Part shown: in pieces, positions 12,753-23,688 of the stretch
Position numbering within the stretch: the stretch's first letter is position 1
Layout of the letters: every line of letters begins with the position of its first letter
Source: Octopus sinensis
Lineage: Eukaryota
Direction of reading: 5' to 3'
DNA length: 40,984 nt
Assembly (NCBI RefSeq): GCF_006345805.1
Contig: NW_021835324.1
Span: 1 to 40,984 of the forward strand
The notes under the pieces: generated by a model
Seen by the model: only the letters and a program-made list of their open reading frames with translations
The model's database searches: none
What the model was told of the DNA's origin: nothing
Made by a program: the position numbers and the translations under genes

Positions 12753-12760
12753 CTGATGGT
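12166..12760. repeat. Compound (GAT)n tract with GAC/GGT/GTT interruptions
   Basis: Direct reading. Confidence 0.95.
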
Positions 12761-12895
12761 GGAGGTAAGGGGTGGGGGTACTGGATGACGCAGTTGGTAT
12801 TGTTCGTAGTGGTGGTGGTGGTGGCGCAATTGCTATAGTTTTTCTATGTTCTTGATGAATACATGCTGTTAGTATTTATTAGGAAAGAAAATTGA

Positions 12896-13337
12896 GGCGG
12901 CAAGCTGGCAGAAACGTTAGCACGCCGGGCGAAATGCTAAGCCGTATTTCGTCTGCCGTTACGTTCTGAGTTCAAATTCCGCCGAGGTCGACTTTGCCTT
13001 TTATCCTTTCGGGGTCGATAAATTAAGTACCAGTTACGCAGTGGGGTTGATGTAATCGACTTAATCCGTTTGTCTGTCCTTGTTTGTCCTCTCTGTGTTT
13101 AACCTCTTGTGGGTAGTAAAGAAATAGGTAATTCGTCTGCCGTTACGTTCTGAGTTCAAATTCCGCCGAGGGCGACTTTGTCTTTCATCCTTTCGGGGTC
13201 GATAAATTAAGTACCAGTTACGCAGTGGGGTCGAGATAATCGACTTAATCCCTTTCTTTGTCCTTGTTTTTTCCGCTCTATGTTAAGCCCTTAGTGGGCA
13301 ATAAAGAAATAAGAAACGTTTCCGCGCCGGGGGAATG
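12896..13337 (+). mobile_element. SINE family E (tRNA-like head, Meta-like domain), tandem multimer
   Basis: A-box-like TGGCAGAAACGTTAG, B box GAGTTCAAATTCC, domain GCCTTTCATCCTTTCGGGGTCGATAAATTAAGTACCAG (recalled as MetaSINE-like); units restart at 13128 and 13313. Confidence 0.88.
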
Positions 13338-13342
13338 AGCCG

Positions 13343-13670
13343 CAAAAATCTCAAATTTTATTTAATTTGCTTTGCAGGAAGGACTGTTTCAACGAAGTTG
13401 TGTCTTGCCCTTACCTTCGAAATACGGAGTAGTCGAAGCAGGGGCAGCTGAAGAAGGGGAATATTCCTTGTTTGGTATATCTTGCACTCTGTCTTTTTGG
13501 TTGTTTGAAAAAAGTCCGTTTCCACGGTTTGGTTTTTACGTTTTTATGTTTTTGTCTCTCATTGTTCTACGTTTTTTTCGTGTCATGTACCCATATATGC
13601 ATGTATATATGCATATAGATGTAGGTATGTACATATATGTATGTATATATGCATATGTTTTATATATTTG
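13343..13670 (+). mobile_element. Unclassified repeat family G
   Basis: Colinear similarity to 15848-16168 (TTTGC..CAGGAAGGA, CCTTCGAAA, CTGAAGAAGGGGA, GTACATATATG). Confidence 0.7.
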
Positions 13671-14172
13671 TGTGTGTATATATACACACACGCACACATC
13701 CGCCATTGCAGCTATTTTCTGCACAACCCTATAGCTCAATGGCAACATTTTTACCTTCAGATCATGTATAATTATCAAGCAAATATTGATAATTATACCC
13801 GCTTTAAAGAACTAATTACATAAGTTATGACAAGTATAAATTTCGTTTGCAATATCTTAAACGCCATCAAATCTTTTAAGTCAAATCTCACGAAGGGGAA
13901 AAATGAAAATCAGACAATATATTTCTAATTCATAAGTAATGAAATCTGATGCTTACAAGGATTTAATCCAATCACACCTGATGAGCTGATTTCAGCAGTA
14001 TTGGAAATATTTTAACCTAGTCAACTGTAATAACTTATATAGCTGACAAATATCTAACAGTAACAAATATGTAAACAATTACAATATAAGTCTTGTTTCC
14101 ATATTAATCTAAAATGTGCGAATGTGTGTATATATACATATATACACATATACATATAGGTATATATATATG

Positions 14173-14248
<76 letters not shown>

Positions 14249-14270
14249 ATTATATATATATATATATATA

Positions 14271-14512
14271 TCAGTTCTGAGCTGATGATAGAAATGTCGA
14301 GTTGACTAATCTAGAAACGTACGTTCTCAAATAACCTTTGCATTTGATTTTTTAATGTCTTTACCCCCATACTTTCGTGAGTTGAATTGAGCAAACACTA
14401 TATGAGAGAGATTTTCTTTAAGTATTAGAAATAGTTTTTAAAAAAGTTTTTTTAGCTACTATTTCTAATGAGTTCAGTATGTGGCAAGTAATTTATTTTA
14501 CTAAGCCCTTTT
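14271..14512 (+). mobile_element. Family P element (hammerhead plus 3' two-hairpin module), Penelope pLTR/retrozyme-like
   Basis: Starts right after a long (TA)n, with the hammerhead at its 5' end and the conserved module at 14424-14510. Confidence 0.6.
14278..14329 (+). ncRNA. Type I hammerhead ribozyme motif
   Basis: Stem I UGAG/CUCA; core CUGAUGA 14282-14288; stem II UAGA/UCUA with inner GUCG/UGAC hairpin; GAAA 14314-14317; palindromic stem III ACGUACGU; GUU cleavage triplet. Confidence 0.75.
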
Positions 14513-14615
14513 ATATAATGTAATAATTTGAATTCGCCTTAAATGGTCCCTTTGCATACTGAATACTTGGTGAAATTGATTAATAATTAATTAATTTTAC
14601 CCTCAATGTTGAAAT

Positions 14616-14646
<31 letters not shown>

Positions 14647-14647
<1 letters not shown>

Positions 14648-14806
14648 GGGAGAATTCACAAAAAAAACAAAAAACGAAGACAGTTGGTGTAGACAACAAA
14701 CAGATGTATTAGTTTAACGCTCGGGAAGCGAAGAAGTCGGAACACAGAAAAACAAAACAAGGAGAGAAAATAAAGAACGTGTAGAGGCTAGCGATCTGTC
14801 ATGGCG
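14647..14806 (-). mobile_element. Family F copy lacking the hammerhead segment
   Basis: Aligns to 16515-16710 apart from a 34-nt gap at 14738/14739; flanked by (TA)n on both sides. Confidence 0.75.
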
Positions 14807-14823
14807 AAATATATATATATTAT

Positions 14824-14865
<42 letters not shown>

Positions 14866-14984
14866 ATATATGTATGTATATGGATACACAAACACACACT
14901 CATGTATATATATGTATGTATGTCTATATATAGAATCGCTTACAGGCTTGTTTTGGAGATCAGAAAATATTACTCAGTTATATA

Positions 14985-15185
14985 TATATGTGAGTATGAG
15001 TCTGTATATGTTTGTCCCCCAACATCACTTAATAACCGATGCTGGTGTGTTTATGTCCCCGTAACTTAGTGGTTCGGCAAAAGAGACCGATATATAAGTC
15101 CTTGGCTAGATATCTTCATCTTAAGGCAGTGCTCCAGCATATCCGCAGTCAAATGATTGAAACATGTAAAATAGTGAAAAAGAAT
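14985..15185 (+). mobile_element. SINE family A, 3' half
   Basis: AACCGATGCTGGTGTGTTTATGTCCCCGTAACTTAG..GGTTCGGCAAAAGAGACCGATA matches 18933-18991. Confidence 0.8.
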
Positions 15186-15190
15186 ATATA

Positions 15191-16168
15191 TGGTTTGTGT
15201 CTACGTTTTCGTTTCTCTTTGTGTTCGACGTCCCTTTGGTGTCCTGTACTCATATATGCGTGTATATGTACATGTAGAGGTAGGTACGTACATATATGTT
15301 TATATATATGCATATGTTTTATTTCATTTATTAATATATTATATGACAAAACGCACGCACCCCCTTAAGTAAGATTGTTCTGTATATCAAGTTTTGGTCT
15401 TGATATTAACTCTGGCGTGCACTCTTCACCTTTCTGTCCCATCCCTATTCTTTGATTTTCTTTTTCCTCTACTTAACTTGTCTCTTCCTCTCTCTCTCAT
15501 TCTTCACTCTCTCTCTCCCCCTCACGATGCTTCATGGTTTCCTCGCAGCCATTCCCCTTCTTCTCTCCCTTACTCTTGCTCCTCCTCCCCCCTTCCCGTC
15601 GTCCACCCGCGACGATACTTCCGCTCTGACTGTCTTTCTGGCCTGGCCTTTCAAGGTAGCTGGACGACATTCTTCCTGCTCCCCTGTCGTTCACAAAAAA
15701 TTCTGCGTTTGCAATACTTTTTTCGTTCGGCGTCAACAGCCCTTCCTATCTTGTTTTTCCCTGTCCTGTCTTTTACTGTTTATATTTTTGTACTGTCGTT
15801 ACTGTCCTGTTTTTTTACCATTTTTTTACCATTTTTTACCCCTCTGCGAAAAGATCTCAGAATTTTAATTGATTTGCTTTTCGCAGGAAGGAATGTTTCT
15901 TGTCGAAGATACGTCTCGCTTTTATCCTTCGAAACCTTAGCGACTGAAGAAGGGGATTTTTCTTTGTGTTAATTGTCCTGTACTCCATTTTTTGTTGTTT
16001 TTAAAAAAATGTCCAGTTCCTTTGGTTTGTGTCTATGTTTTCGTTTCTCTTTGTGTTCGACGTCCCTTCGGTGTCCTGTACACATATATGCGTGTATATG
16101 TACATGTAGAGGTAGGTACGTACATATATGTTTATATATATGCATATGTTTTATTTCATTTATTAATA
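15191..16168 (+). mobile_element. Family G element bounded by ~147-bp direct repeats
   Basis: 15191-15337 and 16023-16168 are nearly identical; 15848-16168 is homologous to 13343-13670. Confidence 0.65.
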
Positions 16169-16173
16169 AAAAA

Positions 16174-16510
16174 TAAAGACCCCCTTCGGTCATGAATGAC
16201 CATGGGATTGCACCTAGAAAGTTACCCTCCTAGACACAAGTCCGGACACGGTTGTTTATGGAAGACCAGCAGTCGCCCATGCATACCAGCCTCCCCTCTC
16301 CACGCCATCAGTGTTATCCAAGGGAAAGACAAAGGTCGATACAGCTTGGCACCAGTGACGTCGCAACTCATTTCTACAGCTGAATGAACTGGAGCAACGT
16401 GAAATAAAGTGCCTTGCTCAAGAACACAACACGCAGCCCGGTCCGGGATTCGAGCTCACAACCTCACGATCGTAAGCTCGACGCTCTAACCACTGAGCCA
16501 TGCGCCTTCA
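16174..16510 (-). mobile_element. SINE family D (tRNA head, CORE-like domain, distinct tail)
   Basis: Head GGCGCATGGCTCAGTGGTTAGAGCG...CTCGAATCCC; TTGAGCAAGGCACTTTATTTCACGTTGCTCCAG shared with family C; different 3' half. Confidence 0.85.
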
Positions 16511-16514
16511 CTAT

Positions 16515-16710
16515 ATATGGGAAGAGTTTACGAAAAAAAAACACAACAAAAGACGAAGGCAGGTGGTGTACAAAACAAACAGATGTATTAGTATAACGCT
16601 CAGGAATAGAAAAAATCTTTTACGTTTCGAGCCTACGCTCTTCTACAGAAAGGGACACAGAAAACAAGGAGAGAGAAAAATGTGTGTAGTGGCTAACGAT
16701 CTATCATGGT
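16515..16710 (-). mobile_element. Family F element (Penelope pLTR-like, hammerhead-bearing)
   Basis: Homologous to 14647-14806, 24618-24679 and 27500-27655; contains the minimal hammerhead motif. Confidence 0.7.
16617..16652 (-). ncRNA. Minimal type I hammerhead-like motif with variant core
   Basis: CUUU-CUGUAGAA-GAGC(GUAG)GCUC-GAAA-CG-UA-AAAG: 4-bp stem I, 4-bp stem II, palindromic ACGU stem III, GUA triplet; core has U at position 6 plus an extra A. Confidence 0.6.
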
Positions 16711-16724
16711 GTCTGATAGATATA

Positions 16725-16875
16725 TATATGACAGGCTTCTTTCAATTTCCGTCAACCAAATCCACTTTGGTCTGCCTGAGGCTATAGTAGAGGACAATGG
16801 ACTAAGGTGCTACGCAGAGGGACTGAAACCGGAACTATGTTGCTGGGAAGCAAACTTCTCGCCACACACCCATAC
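16725..16875 (-). mobile_element. SINE family A, decayed 5' half
   Basis: GACAGGCTTCTTTCAATTTCCGTC..CCAAATCCACT..GAGGCTATAGTAGA..GGGACTGAAACCGGAAC is the reverse complement of the family A 5' half. Confidence 0.75.
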
Positions 16876-17498
16876 TTTTAATTTGTATAACCATTGATGT
16901 GAGAATATCGTGGCTCCAGACAAATAAGAAGGTAAGTGAATCAGGATTGTTCGTATGTGTGGCGTTAACTAAATAACAAAATATACGTACATACAGATAG
17001 ACAGACATTGTAGAGCAATGTATATTTGTATCCATGTAGATGGATGTGAGAGGGGTAAGTATAGGCTCTCCCAGGAGTGTTTTATAAATAAAAAATATAC
17101 ATATGAAGATGCAGACACCACAGTTAACCCATATATAGATATGTTTATGGTGTACGTCTGCAGATAGTGTTTACAGACTCGGAATGAAGACATAGTAATG
17201 TATATGAATACAAAGTCGTTGATAGAGACACACTCAAACATTGACCAATCGAAGTGAATATAAATTTTCTTAAAACACACACGTACATGCATGTAAACAC
17301 AAGCACACACAAGCAAAGATTCTCCCACAACCACACATATACATACATACACTTACTCATACATACACACACACATATATATATTATATATATATATATT
17401 TTTATATATATATATATATACATATATTTCACTCTCCACTTTTTCTCTCTCTCTCTCTCTCCATATATATATATATTTATTTATATATATATATATAC

Positions 17499-17607
<109 letters not shown>

Positions 17608-17734
17608 CTTATATATCCAAGTTTACACGGTTGAACAGTGTTTTGACACTATAAATTAATTTAGTTTATTGAAAATGTTTTTTGAAACTAAAAATAATAG
17701 GTATAAAAACATTATTTATAATTCATAATGATGT

Positions 17735-17802
17735 TAATAATAATAATAGTAATAACAATAATAATAATAATAATAATAATAACAACAACAACAACAGTAA
17801 TT

Positions 17803-17852
<50 letters not shown>
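17735..17852. repeat. (AAT)n/(AAC)n microsatellite
   Basis: Direct reading. Confidence 0.95.
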
Positions 17853-17854
<2 letters not shown>

Positions 17855-18506
17855 AAAATAACAATTAAAAGAGACGTAGTAACAAAAGAAATGTGAAGGA
17901 AAAAATAAATATGACAATAACGAATTATTTGGTTATATCAATAAATTGATGATTAAGATGTTAATACAACAACAGTAACAACATCAATATTAATGACGAT
18001 TATAGGGAGGAAAAGAAAACTCATTGACAAAATATATAAGAATGGACAAAAAAACAAACAACGCCAACATATCCAGAATGTTCCAAGAGTCATTAATGCC
18101 AAATTGGAATTACACGGTGATCTGTCTCTTACGCTTTTTTTATAAGAATTTACTCAATATTTTCTTTTGAGCAATGTTTATTTTCTTTATTTGCTATATT
18201 TAAATTTTTTTTTTGTTTTTATAGTTTGGAGAAGACGAAAGTTTTGTCGAATAATTTTCTTTCTGCTTCGCTAATTTTTCAAGTGTACAATCCATCTTGT
18301 TGTTTGAAAGACTTGTTTGAGCAAGACAAAATTTAAATTAATGTTATTTTAGATTGATATCTATATTTATTTATAGAAAACTACCAATATACGATGTCAG
18401 AAATAGAATTTTCTCTCTTATTGATGCGCTATCTATATCTCTAAATATCTATGTTTCCATTTACCATATGTACATTCTAACTATTAATATTTCTACCTAC
18501 ATTAAT

Positions 18507-18698
18507 GCGGTGAGCTGGCAGAACCGTTAGCACAACGGAGAAGATGCTTAGCCGCATCATTTTCGTTATGAGTTCAAAACCAACTTCACCTTTATCCTTT
18601 CTGGGTCCATAAATCAAGTACCTGTTGAACAACGGGGTTCTTGTTATCGGCTTACTCTTCCCCCCACAAACTGCTGGCCTTTTGCCAAAATTTGAAAC
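18507..18698 (+). mobile_element. SINE family E, older monomer with alternative tail
   Basis: GCGGTGAGCTGGCAGAACCGTTAGCAC...GAGTTCAAA...; ends TGCTGGCCTTTTGCCAAAATTTGAAAC. Confidence 0.75.
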
Positions 18699-18701
18699 TA
18701 A

Positions 18702-19111
18702 GAGTGGCTGTGTGGTAAGTAGCTTGCTAACCAACCACATGGTTCCGGGTTCAGTCCCACTGCGTGGCATCTTGGGCAAGTGTCTTCTGCTATAGCCCCG
18801 GACCGACCAATGATTTGTGAGTGGATTTGGTAGACGGAAACTGAAAGAAGCCTGTCGTATATATGTATATATATATATGTATGTATGTGTGTGTGTTTGT
18901 GTGTCTGTATTTGTCCCCCTAGCTTTGCTTGACAACCGATGCTGGTGTGTTTACGTCCCCGTCACTTAGCGGTTCGGCAAAAGAGACCGATAGAATAAGT
19001 ACTGGGCTTACAAAGAATAAGTCCCGAGGTCGATTTGCTCGACTAAAAGGCGGTGCTCCAGCATGGCCGAAGTCAAATGACTGAAACAAGTAAAAGAGTA
19101 AAGAGAGTAAA
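18702..19111 (+). mobile_element. SINE family A (CORE-like domain, internal (TA)n(TG)n), near full length
   Basis: TGGCTGTGTGGTAAG A box, GGTTCAGTCCC B box, CTTGGGCAAGTGTCTT CORE-like motif, internal microsatellite ~18858-18905, (GAGTAAA)-type tail; several homologues in the window. Confidence 0.9.
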
Positions 19112-20255
19112 GCGTATCTACTTACAAGTCTCTTTCTTTCCCTAATTCTTCGATGATACTTGTGACCAAGTTGATTCGATCGCTGAACCTATATACTATT
19201 CAGTGTCAGAATTTAACAATGTTTAAGAACTCTACGCACACTTTAACCCATAATGTATACTTCAGCCACACTCTTCAACATGGTGGCAGTAGACTGAGGC
19301 ATCTCAATTGGAATCCATTGAAAAATTCAAAGTCTGGCAGACTTTGAGAAAAAGAGAAAAAAGAATGGGACAGTGACGGAAGTGTGCAGTGTACTGCCAG
19401 CATGTCCCTGTGTGTCTTCTATGTTACCTATGAAATATATTTTATACAAGACGTTTCAAATGTACACCCAATAAAACATATGTATGGTGGACAGTTGGGA
19501 ACGCGTTAAAGAATTCAGAAGTATCCTTGTGTGATGTAGGTGTAAATCTATGTTCCTGATTTTAAAACGCTCAGTTATGTTCCTCTCATGTTTTCCCAAT
19601 TCTAATGGAGACGAGAGTTCGACGTACCCAAATACAAGGTCATCCAGGGCGGGAAGAGTGAATATAAGGAAGAGTGAATATAAGGTACCTTAACTAGTAT
19701 AGTAACTTCCAAAAGACAAGAGAGTGAAAATATCATCGTGTCCTCACCGAAGAAAATGAGATAAAGTTTGTAGTAGTTTTAGTGGGTTCTACATTCTAGT
19801 ATGACAGCTGAAAATGTATCCCAGCTAGAGTAAACAGTTTATGAATCCATGGGTATGAAGACCTGGAAACCAACGCTGTTTGGTTCTTATTATCCAGACA
19901 CTTCCACTGCTAAACTGGTGTCTTTTACAAAACTTCTACAAAGAATATCCCATTCAGCAAGGAACAAAATATTTCTTTCGTTTGTTGAGACTCAACGTTA
20001 AAAAAACTTCCCAATTTCAAAATAAACTAAATGTACAAATAGACCAAACTACAAACAAGTAAATCCTCCTCAGAAATGAGTACTTTCTTGAACGCATTGT
20101 GGCTTTGGAATTTGAAAGGCACTCTTTCACGTTCTACCATTTATGGTGTAAAAGATAGTTCGTCTATGAACTACATTAAGTAAAGATAACAGCGTCATAC
20201 ATAGATGTTTACGTTCATAGAAATGGGCATACACACACACACACACGCAATATAT

Positions 20256-20286
<31 letters not shown>

Positions 20287-20308
20287 TATATATATAGATA
20301 GATAGATT

Positions 20309-20345
<37 letters not shown>

Positions 20346-21542
20346 GAGAGAGATAGGTAGATATATGTATGTTTGTGTATGTATGTATCTATGTGTATTA
20401 GTTATGTATATATATATATATATAATATAATATATTATTATATATATGTGTGTGAGTGTGTATGCATGTACATATATATATATAGAGATAGATAGAGGCA
20501 GACAGAGAGAGAGAGACAGAGACAAACAGAGAGAGATACAGAGAGAGAGGGGGATCCTTATACATTTCCGTGTATACAAACTCATTTGTGTGTGTGCATG
20601 ATTTTGTGAATGTGTGTATGTATACGTGAGTGTACCTATAAATGTATGTACTCACAGGTGCACAAACGCACTTACACATACATGTCTACATATATATATA
20701 TATATATATATATGCATGTGTCATTCGGCCTTAGTGTATATATGCCCGAATATAAACACATTTACGAGTAAAGACACACATGTTTGTGAGAGACAGTGAG
20801 TGAGTGCACGTACGTGGGTTGCGGGAATTGCAGGATAAAAGCGAGCGGAAAATAGCGAAAGAGGGAAACAGCGAGATACACAAAGCCAGAGACAATTCTG
20901 TTAAGAGGCGAGATGAATAGCGAAAACAACAATAACACATGCTTGTGGTTATTTGCTGCACAAGGAATACAAATGGCTGACTGAGCTACTTGGAATGCTT
21001 CGTAAAAGCCACTAGAGACTTAACACACAGTCAACAGCACGCTGGATGGATGCAGTTTCTTCATTCAACGCAGGTAACCTACTATAACTTTCTCAGATGT
21101 ACAAACTGAGGTGAACAATTCGATTCAGCTGTTACATTCAACGGACGTGCCAATTACGGAAAGAATCCACAGTTTGGACTCTATCAATACAACTTTGGCA
21201 TTCTTCACTCTCAAGTATTCTTCAACTCCTCCTTATACGCCGTGTTGCCATTATAAGGTTATTTCTCACAATGGTTTCCAGGTGTCTGTATGTTTATTCA
21301 CGTGTGTAGGTATCTTTACGCTTTCGATCAGGCAATCGCTCTGTCTATCACTCCTTAACCAGCTTTCTTCTTTCTCTTACTTATTTATGTGTACACATAC
21401 ATATATGCATGTATGTATGTATGTAATCGATACATATATACATGTATACATGTATATATATATACATGTATATACATATATACATGTATGTATGTATGTA
21501 TGTATGTATGTATGTATGTATATATATGTGCGCGCGTGTGTG

Positions 21543-21849
21543 TGGAGGCGCAATGGCCCGGTGGTTAGGGCAGTAGACTCGCGGTCGGAGGATCGCGGTT
21601 TCGATTCCCAGACCGGGTGCTGTGTGTGTTTATTGAACGAAAACACTTAGAAGCTCCACGATCTTCCGGCAGGGGCAGGTGACGACCCCTGTTGTACTCT
21701 TTCGCCACAACGTTCTCTCACTCTCTCTTCCTGTTTCTTGAGTAACGCTGCAATGGACTGGCGCCTGTCCAGCTGGGGGGAACACATATGCCATAGAAAC
21801 CGGGAAACGGGGGTCATGAGCCTGGCTAGGCTTGAAAAGGGCGACGTTT
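21543..21849 (+). mobile_element. SINE with family-B head and a third tail type
   Basis: Matches family B up to CTTCCTGTTTC (~21737), then switches to TGCAATGGACTGGCGCCTGTCCAG...AGAAACCGGG. Confidence 0.85.
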
Positions 21850-21879
21850 GTATATATATATATATATATATATAGAAAT

Positions 21880-21954
<75 letters not shown>
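21880..21954. repeat. (GATA)n microsatellite
   Basis: Direct reading. Confidence 0.95.
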
Positions 21955-21955
<1 letters not shown>

Positions 21956-22302
21956 AGTGCATGTAAACACATTGATATACTTCTACATTTACACATAGAA
22001 AAATAAATGTACAAACACACATATATATATACGAATGTATGTATAGACACACACACGCGTGCTCGCACACAGACACACAAACATATATATACACAGAATA
22101 TTCAAAAAATATTTAATAACAGTTTCATACTGCATGGATAAAACAACGTAACAGATTTATATAGCATGTCATGTCCCTACAAGAATCTTTCGAGCTTAGG
22201 GATCACCAAAAGACCTATTTGATGCAAACCATGACGCTGGTCTGTAAGAATATATACATATGCCTATATAGGTACATTGGCGTAAATATGCATATACACA
22301 CA

Positions 22303-22759
22303 TCATCATCATCATTGTTCGACCGTGGTCGAGACAATGGAATTTACCATGCTACGCCAGACTTCACGGTCCATCATGGCATCACGGAGGTTCTGTTGCT
22401 GGATGCTTGAATCCCTGGAGATTACATCAGGGTAGGAGAATGTGAGTCATCAAATCTAAGTAGAGACTTCAAACTTGAAATCTTCAAACCCACAGTCGAA
22501 CCAATTCTACTATATGGTTCAGAAACCTGGACGTTATCAAAGAAGCTTGAGAGGTGGTTGGATGGAACATACACTCGCCTCCTTATGAGAGCTCAAAATC
22601 TCTCGTGGAAGCGCCATCCAACCAAAATGCAAATATATGGGAAACTACCACCTGTGTCATCTCTTGTGAAAGGTAGGAGAGTCCAGTTTGCTGGACATTG
22701 TTGTAGAGCTGAAAAAGAAGTAATTTCTCCTCTTCTCCTCTGGAAGTCATCTACTCGCA
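22303..22759 (-). mobile_element. 5'-truncated, 5'-inverted RTE-clade LINE
   Basis: Plus 22447-22759 encodes ...FKPTVEPILLYGSETWTLSKKLERWLDGTYTRLLM...RRVQFAGHCCR...LLLW; minus 22445-22303 encodes the continuation SYPDVISRD...AMMDREVWRSMV...* and a (TGA)n tail; TSD ATATACACACA. Confidence 0.9.
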
Positions 22760-23558
22760 ATATACACACAGAGACACACACACACACACACACACACATT
22801 GGTACGTTGTCGGTCACACATACGTAGTGTGTTTTGCTTATGCGCCAAATTGTTCTGCGGGATAACGGTCGAATAAGTTCCCTACACGATGTGAAGTGTT
22901 ATAGAACAGCTGCATATCACGGGGCAGGTGATACAAAATACCTTTTGAATGACCGAAAATGGTGGATATCGATATTTGGTCATCAGACAGGCTCATCAAT
23001 ACCACGTACTCGGATAATCCCCGAAAAATGGTGAATGGCTGGTCTTTGACTTATATGCAAGAACAGGAAAGTGTATTCGCTGATGTGTTGCAGAGCAGTC
23101 CATGTGAAAAAAACTTCATTAGAGTAATCCAAAATGCTTGAAATCTATGCTATTGTTGAACCTTCACAATAGTGAATTGAAACTATGGAAGTTTTGTAAG
23201 AGAACAGACGTCATTCCGTTGCCTGTTTTCCAATTTGTTTTTAGATTCGTCGAACAACACAAAACTTCCTTGTGCGCTGGAAAACTAAAGACCTGCAATA
23301 AATTCAGCAAGCATTATGTACATACAAATTCACTAAGTGCACACTTAATGCAATGTCTGGACTGCTAAATCTTTCAATCGATTCCAGACGGATGAAAGTT
23401 AAATTTGAACGCAGCTTAAATTGAACTGACAATGCACGGATTCGGAAGAGATGCTGCACAATATGTTATCCGATAGTCTGAAGACTCTACATACACACAC
23501 GCGCAGACATACACTCACACACATACACATACACACACACACATATGCACACACACAC

Positions 23559-23606
<48 letters not shown>

Positions 23607-23636
23607 TTATATATATGTATACACAGACAAACACAG

Positions 23637-23688
<52 letters not shown>

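Noticed and set aside
13975-14056. CTGATGAGCTG(ATTT)CAGC hammerhead-like start
   Set aside because: GAAA is missing after either possible stem II, and there is no stem I.
15394-15972. 192-aa hydrophobic ORF
   Set aside because: Lies in a pyrimidine-rich repeat interior, non-ATG start, no recognisable motif.
19430-20200. Complex sequence with a 16-bp tandem duplication (19653-19684), possible old transposon
   Set aside because: No protein motif or terminal structure could be recognised by eye.
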